Origin: Rhodospirillales bacterium
GTDB taxonomy: Bacteria > Pseudomonadota > Alphaproteobacteria > Rhodospirillales > JASLLZ01
Assembly (NCBI GenBank): GCA_030754885.1
Contig: JASLZL010000013.1
Span: 866-64,865, forward strand
Direction of reading: 5' to 3'
DNA: 64,000 nucleotides
The translations under genes and the position numbers were made by a program. The notes below the pieces were generated by a model, which had not been told where the DNA came from, did not search any database, and saw nothing but the letters and a program-made list of their open reading frames with translations. Of the stretch, positions 1-8,027 are shown piece by piece (position 1 is the stretch's first letter; each line of letters starts with the position of its first letter).

Positions 1-643
1 AAGTGGTGTCGTCGATTTCATCGACGAGCACTTGGCGCAGGCTTAGGGCGTGGATCCGCTCAATGGGGCCGAAGAGGCCGATCATCGCATCGACCATATG
101 AATTCCCGAGCCGGCCATGCCGCCGGACGGCGTTTCGGCCGCACTGGCCCGCCACTGGTCGCCCTTGTAGTCAAATCCCGAAGCCCCCGAAAAGTTGGCC
201 TCGACATGAAGCGCCTGGCCCAGCTCTCCGTCGGCCAGAAGACGGCGCACCTCGGCAATGGCGGGCAGAAAGCGCCGGTTGTGGCCAAGCGCCAGCACCA
301 TGGAGGCCCTGTCCGCCGCTGCCACCGCCTTCTTGGCATCGGTCTCAGTCAGGGTGAATGGCTTTTCGACGAATATGTGCTTGCCGGCAGCGGCGGCGGC
401 GACCACCTGATCGACGTGCTGGGAATGGGGCGTCGCCAACACCACCGCGTCGATGGCCGGATCGTCCAAGACCTGGGTGTAATCGTCAAGGAGCGGGATG
501 CCATGAAGCTTGGTGAAATCGACAGCTTTGGCCGGCGTTCGGGTGACGCCGGCGGTGAACTGGATATGCTCGCTCTGTCCCTGGACTGATTCGACCAGGA
601 TTTGGCCCCACCGACCAAGGCCAATGATTGCCGCTTTGATCAT
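1..643 (-). CDS. Gfo/Idh/MocA family NAD(P)-dependent oxidoreductase (C-terminal end runs off the window)
   Basis: Absent from the ORF track because no stop lies in the window. Reverse-strand translation from the ATG at 643 reads MIKAAIIGLGRWGQILVESV...DAVVLATPHSQHVDQVVAAAAAGKHIFVEKPF, showing the N-terminal Rossmann motif and the family EKP motif. The frame is open to position 1. Confidence 0.8.
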   Translation of the reverse strand, partial: MIKAAIIGLGRWGQILVESVQGQSEHIQFTAGVTRTPAKAVDFTKLHGIPLLDDYTQVLDDPAIDAVVLATPHSQHVDQVVAAAAAGKHIFVEKPFTLTETDAKKAVAAADRASMVLALGHNRRFLPAIAEVRRLLADGELGQALHVEANFSGASGFDYKGDQWRASAAETPSGGMAGSGIHMVDAMIGLFGPIERIHALSLRQVLVDEIDDTT

Positions 644-766
644 CGTCGTTCCCCACCACCAGCGAATGCAAACCTTTCCTAGCAAGTGGGTAAGTGCTAC
701 GGCAAGCGCGAAGGGCCGCTCAGTACGACGATATGTTTCTTTTTCAACAGTCCTTAAGGATATACC

Positions 767-1663
767 GTGATATCGCGTCTCTCCCGAGCGTGCGGCAAGA
801 TACCCGCCTCGGTCCGCGGCGCGATTTGGATGATTTTGGCTGCTGGCCTTTTCGCGTCGCTCACCGCCCTGGTACGGCACGTGTCGGCCAGCGTACCGCC
901 GGTCGAAATCGTCTTCTTCCGCAGTGCCTTCAGCCTTCTTTTCATGCTGCCATGGGCGCTAAGTACCGGCGTCGCCAATTTACGCACCCGCCGCCTCGGC
1001 TTGCATGGTCTTCGCGCCTTGACCGCCCTTGGCTCCTTCATATGCTGGTATCTTGCCTTCGCCGTGATGCCCATCGCCGAGGCGACCGCGCTCACCTTCA
1101 CGGCCCCGCTTTTTGCCACCATAGGCGCGGTCTTTTTTCTGGGTGAGGTCGTTGAGCCGCGCCGCGTATCGGCCATTATCATCGGCTTTGTCGGCGCCAT
1201 GGTCATCCTCAGGCCAGGGATCGAGGTGATTACCCTGCCGGCCCTGCTCGTCTTGGCGGGGGCCGCCTTCTACGCCATCTCCGTGTTAGCCATCAAGTCG
1301 TTGTCGCGCACCGAGAGCGCGGGCACGATCGTAATTTATCTCGGAATTCTGATGACGCCGATGTCTCTCATTCCAGCACTCTTTTTCTGGACCTTGCCGT
1401 CGCTCGAAACGCTGGCGTGGCTGGCGGGGATTGGTCTGGTGGCGACGTTCTCGCAATTGACTCTGTCACGCGCACTTAGGGTTGCCGATGCAACCGCGGT
1501 CCTGCCCTTCGAATACTCAAAGCTGATCTTCGCTGCCATTCTCGGCTATGCGGTTTTCGGCGAACAGCCCGACCTCTGGACCTGGACGGGCGCGACGATC
1601 ATTTTCTTGGCGACGCTTTACACGGCGCGCCGCGAGGCGTTAAGCGGGACACGCCAATCGTAA
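767..1663 (+). CDS. DMT superfamily (EamA-like) permease
   Basis: 298 aa and about 10 hydrophobic segments. The two-EamA-repeat appearance is visible (RGAIWMILAAGLFASL..., LAWLAGIGLVATFSQLTLSRALRVADATAVLPFEY). Divergent from the upstream oxidoreductase. Confidence 0.8.
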   Translation: MISRLSRACGKIPASVRGAIWMILAAGLFASLTALVRHVSASVPPVEIVFFRSAFSLLFMLPWALSTGVANLRTRRLGLHGLRALTALGSFICWYLAFAVMPIAEATALTFTAPLFATIGAVFFLGEVVEPRRVSAIIIGFVGAMVILRPGIEVITLPALLVLAGAAFYAISVLAIKSLSRTESAGTIVIYLGILMTPMSLIPALFFWTLPSLETLAWLAGIGLVATFSQLTLSRALRVADATAVLPFEYSKLIFAAILGYAVFGEQPDLWTWTGATIIFLATLYTARREALSGTRQS

Positions 1664-1670
1664 GACGGGT

Positions 1671-2525
1671 TCACGAGCTGCGCCGATCTGCCTTCGCTCG
1701 GCGCTCCGACCCTTGCCTCTTCTCCCCTTTTCGGCGTTCGCCGGTACGCTTCTCTGAGGCCCCCTCGTCTTTCGTTCCGCGCCCTCTTCTATCGCCCGAA
1801 CCGCGCCGGTCCTTGTCACGACGGTCGCCGGCCTTACGCCTAGGCGAGGACCGACAGTACCGGGTCAGGAATCCCGCCGAGCCAAAGCCGAAAATGAGAA
1901 AGATCAATGCACCCAGAGCTTCCGGCCACCAATCTCCTGGTGTTTCCGGCGATTCGAGCGAAGGTTCCTCCGCCCCCTTCTTGCTGGACAGATCGGGAAT
2001 CTTGAACGCGGAGAAAGGCTTGTCGATTCGCGGGGTCGGCCGCTTAAAGGTGACCTGGCCAAAACAGAGGCGGGGGATGTCGGTCTCATCGTCGAGGCGC
2101 AAGGCGGGAACAACGCGCCCGGAAATCGCACCGATGGTCCTGATGTAACGAACGACGAGGTCCGTCCGCCCCTTCGCCTTGAGGATAAAACCCACGTCGT
2201 CCGTTCGGCCGTCATTGTTCGTGTCGATGGTGAAGACCCGCGACAACCAAAAGTCCGTCCCCCCAACGCTTACGTCCTTCGCCTGCCAGAACTCACTCAG
2301 CTTCTTGTCGCAGGTCGCTTGAGCCGCCAAGGCCCGGCGGGCCGCGAACTGATCCGTGGTGGCCCTGGCCGCCTTGGGCGATGGTACCGGGATAGGGCGG
2401 CCTTCACTCCGCACGGATGTTGCAACCTCAATCGCCACGGCTCCCGGCCACCATCCGAAAACGAGGGCCACGAGGACAGCCAGAAACATTGTTCGCTTAA
2501 GGCGCGAGGTGCCAAGACACCCCAT
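1671..2525 (-). CDS. hypothetical bitopic membrane protein with a charged Arg/Asp/Glu/Lys/Gly-rich C-terminal tail
   Basis: The ORF 1671..2657 is trimmed to Met45 (MGCLGTSRLKRTMFLAVLVALVFGWWPG, signal/anchor); a start at 2489 is also possible. It has a second TM segment (ALGALIFLIFGFGSAGFL) followed by a DRRDKDRRGSGDRRGRG...GERRKGEKRQGSERRAKADRR tail. I recognise no family. Confidence 0.5.
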   Translation of the reverse strand: MGCLGTSRLKRTMFLAVLVALVFGWWPGAVAIEVATSVRSEGRPIPVPSPKAARATTDQFAARRALAAQATCDKKLSEFWQAKDVSVGGTDFWLSRVFTIDTNNDGRTDDVGFILKAKGRTDLVVRYIRTIGAISGRVVPALRLDDETDIPRLCFGQVTFKRPTPRIDKPFSAFKIPDLSSKKGAEEPSLESPETPGDWWPEALGALIFLIFGFGSAGFLTRYCRSSPRRKAGDRRDKDRRGSGDRRGRGTKDEGASEKRTGERRKGEKRQGSERRAKADRRSS

Positions 2526-2568
2526 CGCCCAATCAGACCACCCGCTATGCCCTTCCCTGCCCACCGGA

Positions 2569-3072
2569 TCAATCCCCGGAATGGTTAATGGATATAACCT
2601 CCAGCTCGATGTCGCCGGACGGCCGCTTCCAGGTGATGACATCTCCGACTTGGGCACCCTGCAACGCCTGCGCCAAGGGCGAGACCCAGCTCACTTTACC
2701 CTGTTCGGCATCCGCCTCGTCCTCGCCGACAATGGTGTATTCCGCCACCGCTTCTGTCTCGTCCGCAACACCCACAATGGCACCGAAACAAACCTCCCCG
2801 TCGGGCTGGTCGGCGGCATCGACTGGGATGGCGCTCTCGATTCTGCCTTTCACGTACCGGATGTCGCGATCCACCTGGGTCAGGGGTAGCTTGTCCGCCA
2901 GATCCTCGGAGGCCGAGAGATGCCGGCGCCTATCTTCCAGTTCGGCGAGTCGCGTTCCAAGCTCCGCCTGCCCCGCCGCCGTCACGTAGTTGGGATGGGG
3001 ACTTTGAGGCAAATCGAGCTGGTCGTCACCCGCCATATCTCCGTCGGGCTCTTTGACGAAGGCGCGGCTCAT
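2569..3072 (-). CDS. GreA/GreB family transcription elongation factor (GreB-like)
   Basis: 167 aa. The N-terminal coiled-coil part (NYVTAAGQAELGTRLAELEDRRRHL) and the C-terminal domain (FGAIVGV...YTIVGEDEAD...VSWVSPLAQALQGAQVGDVITWKRPSG) match the Gre-factor layout. Confidence 0.8.
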   Translation of the reverse strand: MSRAFVKEPDGDMAGDDQLDLPQSPHPNYVTAAGQAELGTRLAELEDRRRHLSASEDLADKLPLTQVDRDIRYVKGRIESAIPVDAADQPDGEVCFGAIVGVADETEAVAEYTIVGEDEADAEQGKVSWVSPLAQALQGAQVGDVITWKRPSGDIELEVISINHSGD

Positions 3073-3114
3073 CGGTCAATCTCCTGCTGTCGAACTTGAA
3101 TGGTATCAGGTTTT

Positions 3115-4740
3115 TCAGGTCCCATGGGTCGTCACGATGGAAAAGCCGTCGCCGCGGGCACCGTCGGCGAGCGCCTGGTGGCTTCCGTTGTGGCCCGGTA
3201 TGCCCGAAACGAACCCTCCGGGCCATGTCCCCGAACCACAAAGATAGAGGCCGCCAACAGGCGTACGATAGTCCGCCAAACCGGGTACCGGCCGGTTGGC
3301 GAACATCGACGCCAGTGTCATATCGCCGTGTAATTGATGGCCCTCGACGAGGCCGAATTCGTCCTCCAGGTCTTTGGGGCTATAGAAACAAGCATCCTCA
3401 ATGATGTCCTTCAGGTTGGGCACGTAATCGGCCACCGTGTCGATGATGCGCTGGCCGAAGCGGTCTTTCTCTGTCGTCCAGTCACCGTCTTCCAGGTGAT
3501 AAGGCGCGTGCCAGCAGTTGAGGCTCATCAGATGTTTGCCGGGCGGGGCCAGGTTGGGGTCCATCACCGAAGGCGTCAGACCCATGATGCGGGGTTCGCG
3601 CGACATCCGGCCATTCTTGGCGTCCTCATAGCCCCGTTCCAGGTGATCGACGCTGGGGGCAATGCGGAACTGGCACGCGGCGAACGCCTCGACCGCGTCC
3701 ACCGGCGCGGCGCGAAAGCGGGGCAGGCCGCCAAGCGCCAACACCGCCTTGAATGCGCAGCCCCGCATACGGCGCCCTTCAAGCCGGGTGCGAAGGTCTT
3801 CGTCCAGGTGCCGGGAGTCTACGAGATCGAGCAACGTCGTCTTGGGGTTGAGGTTGGACAACACAAGGGGAGCATCGATCTCCTCGCCGTCGGCCAGCAC
3901 AACACCCTCGGCCTGGTCGCCGGCGCCAACCTTCACCTTGATCACGGCCGCCTCGGTGCGGATGACGGCGCCCGAGGCCGTGATCGAACACGCCATGGCC
4001 TCGGCGACGCTGCCCATGCCGCCGCGCGGCAAGCCGGTGGAGCCGCGCAGAGGTTGCACACGAGGATCATGCTGGGCCTCGACGGTCATGGAATTTAACG
4101 ACATCGGACGTTGCAGGAGCGCCAGGAGCGATCCCGGCGAGGACGGTCCATAGTTGCCACCGAACATGCTCATCAAGGCTATAAGGACCTTGATCTCATC
4201 AGACTCCAGGCGATCGTCGAGAAAGTCCCGGGTATTGCCGAACATGATGGTGGCAAAGTCGGCTTCGTCTTTTGGGGATTTCAGGCGCGCCACCATCCCA
4301 CCCAAGCTCGGCGGCGGCGCGAATAGAGAAACGCCCAGCGTCTTGCCGAAGTTGGTAAAAAATTCAAAGATTTTGTGATAGGCCGCGATATCGCGTTCCG
4401 AGAACTTGCCCAACTCCGCCTCGACGCGCGACCGGTCCCGCCATCCGACAAAAGCCCGGCCGTCGGGAAAGGGATGCACCATGGCCGGGTCGGGCTTATC
4501 GAAAAAGAGGCCGAAGCGCTCCAGCTCCATGTCGCGGACGATTTTCGGTTCCAGAGAACCCGGCGAGTTGCATATCGCACCCCGATAGCCGGGAAAGAAT
4601 TCTATCGGCCCGCAAGGGCCGCCAACCACGTGGCGGCGTTCCGCGACCAAGACGCTCAATCCACTCCGCGCCAGGTAATGGGCCGCCACCATGCCGTTAT
4701 GGCCACCGCCAATGACGATGGCATCGTAACGATTGGACAT
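3115..4740 (-). CDS. NAD(P)/FAD-dependent oxidoreductase, phytoene-desaturase (CrtI-like) family
   Basis: Dinucleotide-binding motif YDAIVIGGGHNGMVAAHYLARSGLSVLVAERRHVVGG directly after Met24 of the ORF 3115..4809. Length is about 540 aa, with a C-terminal GLYLCGSGTWPGGFVSG motif typical of this family. Confidence 0.8.
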   Translation of the reverse strand: MSNRYDAIVIGGGHNGMVAAHYLARSGLSVLVAERRHVVGGPCGPIEFFPGYRGAICNSPGSLEPKIVRDMELERFGLFFDKPDPAMVHPFPDGRAFVGWRDRSRVEAELGKFSERDIAAYHKIFEFFTNFGKTLGVSLFAPPPSLGGMVARLKSPKDEADFATIMFGNTRDFLDDRLESDEIKVLIALMSMFGGNYGPSSPGSLLALLQRPMSLNSMTVEAQHDPRVQPLRGSTGLPRGGMGSVAEAMACSITASGAVIRTEAAVIKVKVGAGDQAEGVVLADGEEIDAPLVLSNLNPKTTLLDLVDSRHLDEDLRTRLEGRRMRGCAFKAVLALGGLPRFRAAPVDAVEAFAACQFRIAPSVDHLERGYEDAKNGRMSREPRIMGLTPSVMDPNLAPPGKHLMSLNCWHAPYHLEDGDWTTEKDRFGQRIIDTVADYVPNLKDIIEDACFYSPKDLEDEFGLVEGHQLHGDMTLASMFANRPVPGLADYRTPVGGLYLCGSGTWPGGFVSGIPGHNGSHQALADGARGDGFSIVTTHGT

Positions 4741-4852
4741 GTTCCGCTTTCCCCCGGAGTCTTCTTGGCGGACCATTCTAATGTCCGTGGCCTCAACCGC
4801 AATCGGCAAACCCCGATTAGCGCCGACGCCGTTCCCCGGCCCCCTTCCGCCC

Positions 4853-5896
4853 TTAGTCCACGGTTATCCTGGGCGAGCCCTCCACCATGGTACCGATCAC
4901 GGCAGCCGCCCCGTAGCCGCGTTCATGGAACAGGCCCAGCACCGCCTCGGCCTCGCCAGGGGCACACGAAACCAGCAGGCCGCCACTGGTCTGGGGATCG
5001 CAAAGCAGGTCCTTGCGCCACGCCGGCAGTGCCGCGGAAAGGTCGATCTCGGTGCCGTAACTAGCCCAGTTACGCGCCGCGGCACCGGTGGAAAGGCCGC
5101 CCTTGGCCAAGCGCTTGGCAGTCGGCAAGGCCGGCAGGTGGGCCTCCATTAGGCGCGCCGCCAGGCGACTGGCGCGGCATACCTCCATGAGATGGCCCAG
5201 CAGGCCGAAGCCGGTAACGTCGGTCATGGCATGAACGCCCGAGACCTCGGCCAGTTCCATGCCAATGTCGTTGAGCTGGGTAGTCGTGGCCAGCATCTCG
5301 GCGTAGCCGTCCTTGTCCAACTGTTCCTTCTTAAGGGCGGCGCTGAGCACACCGACACCAAGGGCCTTGCCCAGAATTAAGATGTCACCGGCCTGGGCAT
5401 CACCGTTGCGTTTGACGTGCCGGGGGTCGACGAGGCCGACGGCGGCCAGGCCGTAAATTGGTTCCGGGGCGTCGATGGAATGGCCGCCGGCGACGGGGAC
5501 GCCAGCGGTCCGGCAAGCCGCCTGACCGCCCTCCAGGATGCGCCGAATGACGTCGACGGGAAGCGTGTCGATCGGCATACCAACGACGGCCAGGGCCAGA
5601 ACGGGCCGACCGCCGACGGCGTAAACATCGGACAGCGCGTTAACCGCGGCGATACGCCCAAAATCGAAGGGATCGTCAACGATGGGCATGAAGAAATCAG
5701 TGGTGGCGACCAGAGCCTGGCGGTCGTCGATACGGTATACTGCGGCGTCGTCGCTGTCCTCGGCGCCCACCATCAAGGCGTCATCGGTGGGCCGCGGCAA
5801 TGTCGACAATATCTCGGACAACAGCGCCGGCGCGATCTTGCAGCCGCAGCCGCCACCATGAGACAGGTCGGTCAGGCGAATCGCATCGGAATCCAT
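4853..5896 (-). CDS. selD: selenide, water dikinase SelD (Cys-type)
   Basis: LTDLSHGGGCGCKIAPALLSEIL N-terminal glycine-rich loop with Cys at the catalytic position, plus the AIR-synthase-like fold motifs. The start is set at the ATG at 5896 because the longer ORF (to 5950) overlaps the tRNA-Sec gene. Confidence 0.9.
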   Translation of the reverse strand: MDSDAIRLTDLSHGGGCGCKIAPALLSEILSTLPRPTDDALMVGAEDSDDAAVYRIDDRQALVATTDFFMPIVDDPFDFGRIAAVNALSDVYAVGGRPVLALAVVGMPIDTLPVDVIRRILEGGQAACRTAGVPVAGGHSIDAPEPIYGLAAVGLVDPRHVKRNGDAQAGDILILGKALGVGVLSAALKKEQLDKDGYAEMLATTTQLNDIGMELAEVSGVHAMTDVTGFGLLGHLMEVCRASRLAARLMEAHLPALPTAKRLAKGGLSTGAAARNWASYGTEIDLSAALPAWRKDLLCDPQTSGGLLVSCAPGEAEAVLGLFHERGYGAAAVIGTMVEGSPRITVD

Positions 5897-5922
5897 GATT
5901 ACCGGCCCCTTGCATGGGAAAT

Positions 5923-6016
5923 TGGCGGAAGAGGTGGGGGTCGAACCCACCGGAGACGCCTAGCGCCCCCCACCGGATTTGAAGTCCGGGCGCCCCACCG
6001 GGGACGTTGCCCTTCC
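5923..6016 (-). tRNA. selC: tRNA-Sec (anticodon UCA)
   Basis: Reverse complement: GGAAGGGCAACGTCCCCGGTGGGGCGCCCGGACTTCAAATCCGGTGGGGGGCGCTAGGCGTCTCCGGTGGGTTCGACCCCCACCTCTTCCGCCA (94 nt). It has an extended acceptor stem and a 6-bp D stem (CGUCCC/GGGGCG) with loop CGGU as in E. coli selC. The anticodon loop is CU-UCA-AA (anticodon at 5980..5982). There is a long 8-bp variable arm, a T arm GUGGG-UUCGACC-CCCAC, and an encoded CCA. Confidence 0.9.
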
Positions 6017-6186
6017 GGTGACGATCCTAAGCCCCAAGCCGGCAGCGGATCAAGGCAGGCGCCGTCGCGGCGCAAGGAGCACGTTGTGAGATACGGCGTT
6101 GGCATCGAGAGAGCTATCGACATCGACAATCGTTATATGTTCCAAGAACCGTGACAGGTTTGGGGAAACGCGTCTATTGTACTAAA

Positions 6187-6297
6187 TGCTTGGGCTTCCT
6201 GATGCCGGCCCAGGTTATTCTTGTCACGATCATGGGGTTGAACATGTTGGCGAACTGGCTTGCGGACGCATTGAACCCGATAACGCGGGGAAGGTGA
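6187..6297 (+). pseudogene. 3'-terminal remnant of an ABC (Opp/Dpp-type) transporter permease gene
   Basis: The frame reads ...CLGFLMPAQVILVTIMGLNMLANWLADALNPITRGR*. This matches the conserved C-terminal end of binding-protein-dependent permeases (P-x-x-I-x-x-T-x-x-x-x-N-x-L-x-D-x-L-x-D-x-L-[DN]-P-x-x-R). No permease-like sequence lies upstream in that frame. Confidence 0.4.
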
Positions 6298-6350
6298 AAT
6301 TGGCGCGAATCCGAACTCCATTCCCCCTGGTCACCCGGTCTGTTCCCCGC

Positions 6351-6992
6351 ATGAGCGTCAGGCCGGAGAACACTGTCCTCTTGATCCAGGACATGCAGCG
6401 CTTCTTGGCGGATTCCCAGGCCGGCATGGCGGACGTCGCCCGCCACCGCGGGGTGTCAACCGAGTTCGACGAGTACTACGAACAGGTGGCGTCGGCGACC
6501 GACAACATCGCCAACCTGCGAGACCAACTGGCGGGTTTCGGCATTCCCTCGTGTCATACCCGTTGGGTCCGGGAGCGCCCGGCGTTGATGACGCCCCTTC
6601 AGCGGGCGCTCGACATCCTGCCCGAGGCCGATGACGCGGCGGCGGAGATCGTCGAGCCTCTGGCCCCGACGGACGAGACGGATGTCTTCCTCAAAGGGGG
6701 AATGGGCGCGTTCTCCTCCCCCACTCTAAGCACGGCGCTGGCCGAACGGCGCATCGAGAACTTAATCGTATGCGGTGTGATTACCGAATTCGGAATTCAG
6801 GCCACGATTCTCCAGGCCATGGATTTGGGATACCGGCCGCTGCTTGTCGGCGACTGTTGTGCGTCGATGACCTACGCGAGCAAGGATGTGAGCCTGGACG
6901 TCTTGAGCTTCGGCGTCGCCAAGGTGCGGCCGTGGCGCGAGTTGTGTTACAACCTGGATGCCTTGAAACATGACGACGTGGCTGTTCTTTAA
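6351..6992 (+). CDS. isochorismatase-family hydrolase
   Basis: TVLLIQDMQRFL start and the C-terminal ENLIVCGVITEFGIQATILQAMDLGYRPLLVGDCCAS block typical of the family. The position that holds the Cys nucleophile in amidase-type members reads Gly here (TEFGIQAT). The start is taken at the ATG at 6351 inside the ORF 6186..6992. Confidence 0.7.
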   Translation: MSVRPENTVLLIQDMQRFLADSQAGMADVARHRGVSTEFDEYYEQVASATDNIANLRDQLAGFGIPSCHTRWVRERPALMTPLQRALDILPEADDAAAEIVEPLAPTDETDVFLKGGMGAFSSPTLSTALAERRIENLIVCGVITEFGIQATILQAMDLGYRPLLVGDCCASMTYASKDVSLDVLSFGVAKVRPWRELCYNLDALKHDDVAVL

Positions 6993-7037
6993 GGAGCAGG
7001 CGCGGCGGTCGAGGGTGCTTCGCAAAGGAGTCCGCCC

Positions 7038-7994
7038 ATGAAGAAAGTGCATACGGTTCGCGGTCCCATCGATCCGGACCAGATGGGTTTTACCCACACC
7101 CACGAGCACATTCTGTGCGACGCGCGGATGACCCATCGAACCGATCCGCCAACGCGGGGCGCCTACATGTTGCTGGACGATCACGAGCGAGCCGTGAGCG
7201 AGTTGAAAAAATATAAAGATCTGGGCGGCGGCAGCATGGTCGAATTGACCACGCCCGCCTGGGGCCGCGACATCAAGATCTTGAAGCGTATCTCCGAAGA
7301 CAGCGGTGTCCACATCGTTGCCACGGCGGGCTTCTATACGTGGCCCTTCATTCCCCTCCAAGTCGATGAGCACCCGATCACCCAACTCGCCGACGATCTA
7401 ATCGTCGAATTGACCCAAGGCGCCGATGGCGCTGAGGCGACCGCCGGGATATTGAAATCGGCGATCCATTTTGACCGCATCGGCGGCGTCGAGGAGAAAT
7501 GCCTGCGCGCCGTGGCGCGGGCTTCCATCGCCACCGGAGCGGCGATCACCACCCATACCGCGGGCAACAGGCACCAGGAGATCCCCGGTGGCAATGTCGG
7601 CATGCAGCATGTGAGAATCCTGCGCGAAGAGGGGGTATCGCTGGACCGGCTGGTGGTCGGCCACACCGACGAACATCCTGAAATCGAAGTCCTCTCGGAG
7701 CTTGCCGAGCTTGGCTGTTACGTGCAGTTCGACGTCCTGAAAAAGACCCACTATATGCTGGACCTGACCCGGGCGAAGCTGACACGGGAAATGATTCGCC
7801 GCGGACACCTGAACAGAATCCTCCTCGGCACCGATCGCTGCCGGCAAGTGGAGCTCTATGAGGAGAACGGAGGCGTCGGCTACACGTATATCCTGGAGAC
7901 CTTCATCGACATGTTGAAGACGGAGGGCGTTTCGTCGGCGGAGATCAATCAGATTTGTTGTGTCAATCCGGGAGAAATGCTCGCCTTTGGGTGA
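7038..7994 (+). CDS. phosphotriesterase-family (PHP/PTER-like) amidohydrolase-fold metallohydrolase
   Basis: N-terminal GFTHTHEHIL His-x-His metal motif, 318 aa TIM-barrel length, and later His/Asp ligand contexts (ITTHT, VVGHTD, LLGTD). Confidence 0.8.
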   Translation: MKKVHTVRGPIDPDQMGFTHTHEHILCDARMTHRTDPPTRGAYMLLDDHERAVSELKKYKDLGGGSMVELTTPAWGRDIKILKRISEDSGVHIVATAGFYTWPFIPLQVDEHPITQLADDLIVELTQGADGAEATAGILKSAIHFDRIGGVEEKCLRAVARASIATGAAITTHTAGNRHQEIPGGNVGMQHVRILREEGVSLDRLVVGHTDEHPEIEVLSELAELGCYVQFDVLKKTHYMLDLTRAKLTREMIRRGHLNRILLGTDRCRQVELYEENGGVGYTYILETFIDMLKTEGVSSAEINQICCVNPGEMLAFG

Positions 7995-8027
7995 AGCGTC
8001 CGGGACTGCGCGACGCTCTGGTGAAGA

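Noticed and set aside
5897-5950. N-terminal extension of the selD ORF (MGSTPTSSANFPCKGPVI...) given in the ORF track
   Set aside because: These codons are the reverse-strand reading of the tRNA-Sec T arm and acceptor stem. The conserved SelD sequence begins right after the internal ATG at 5896.
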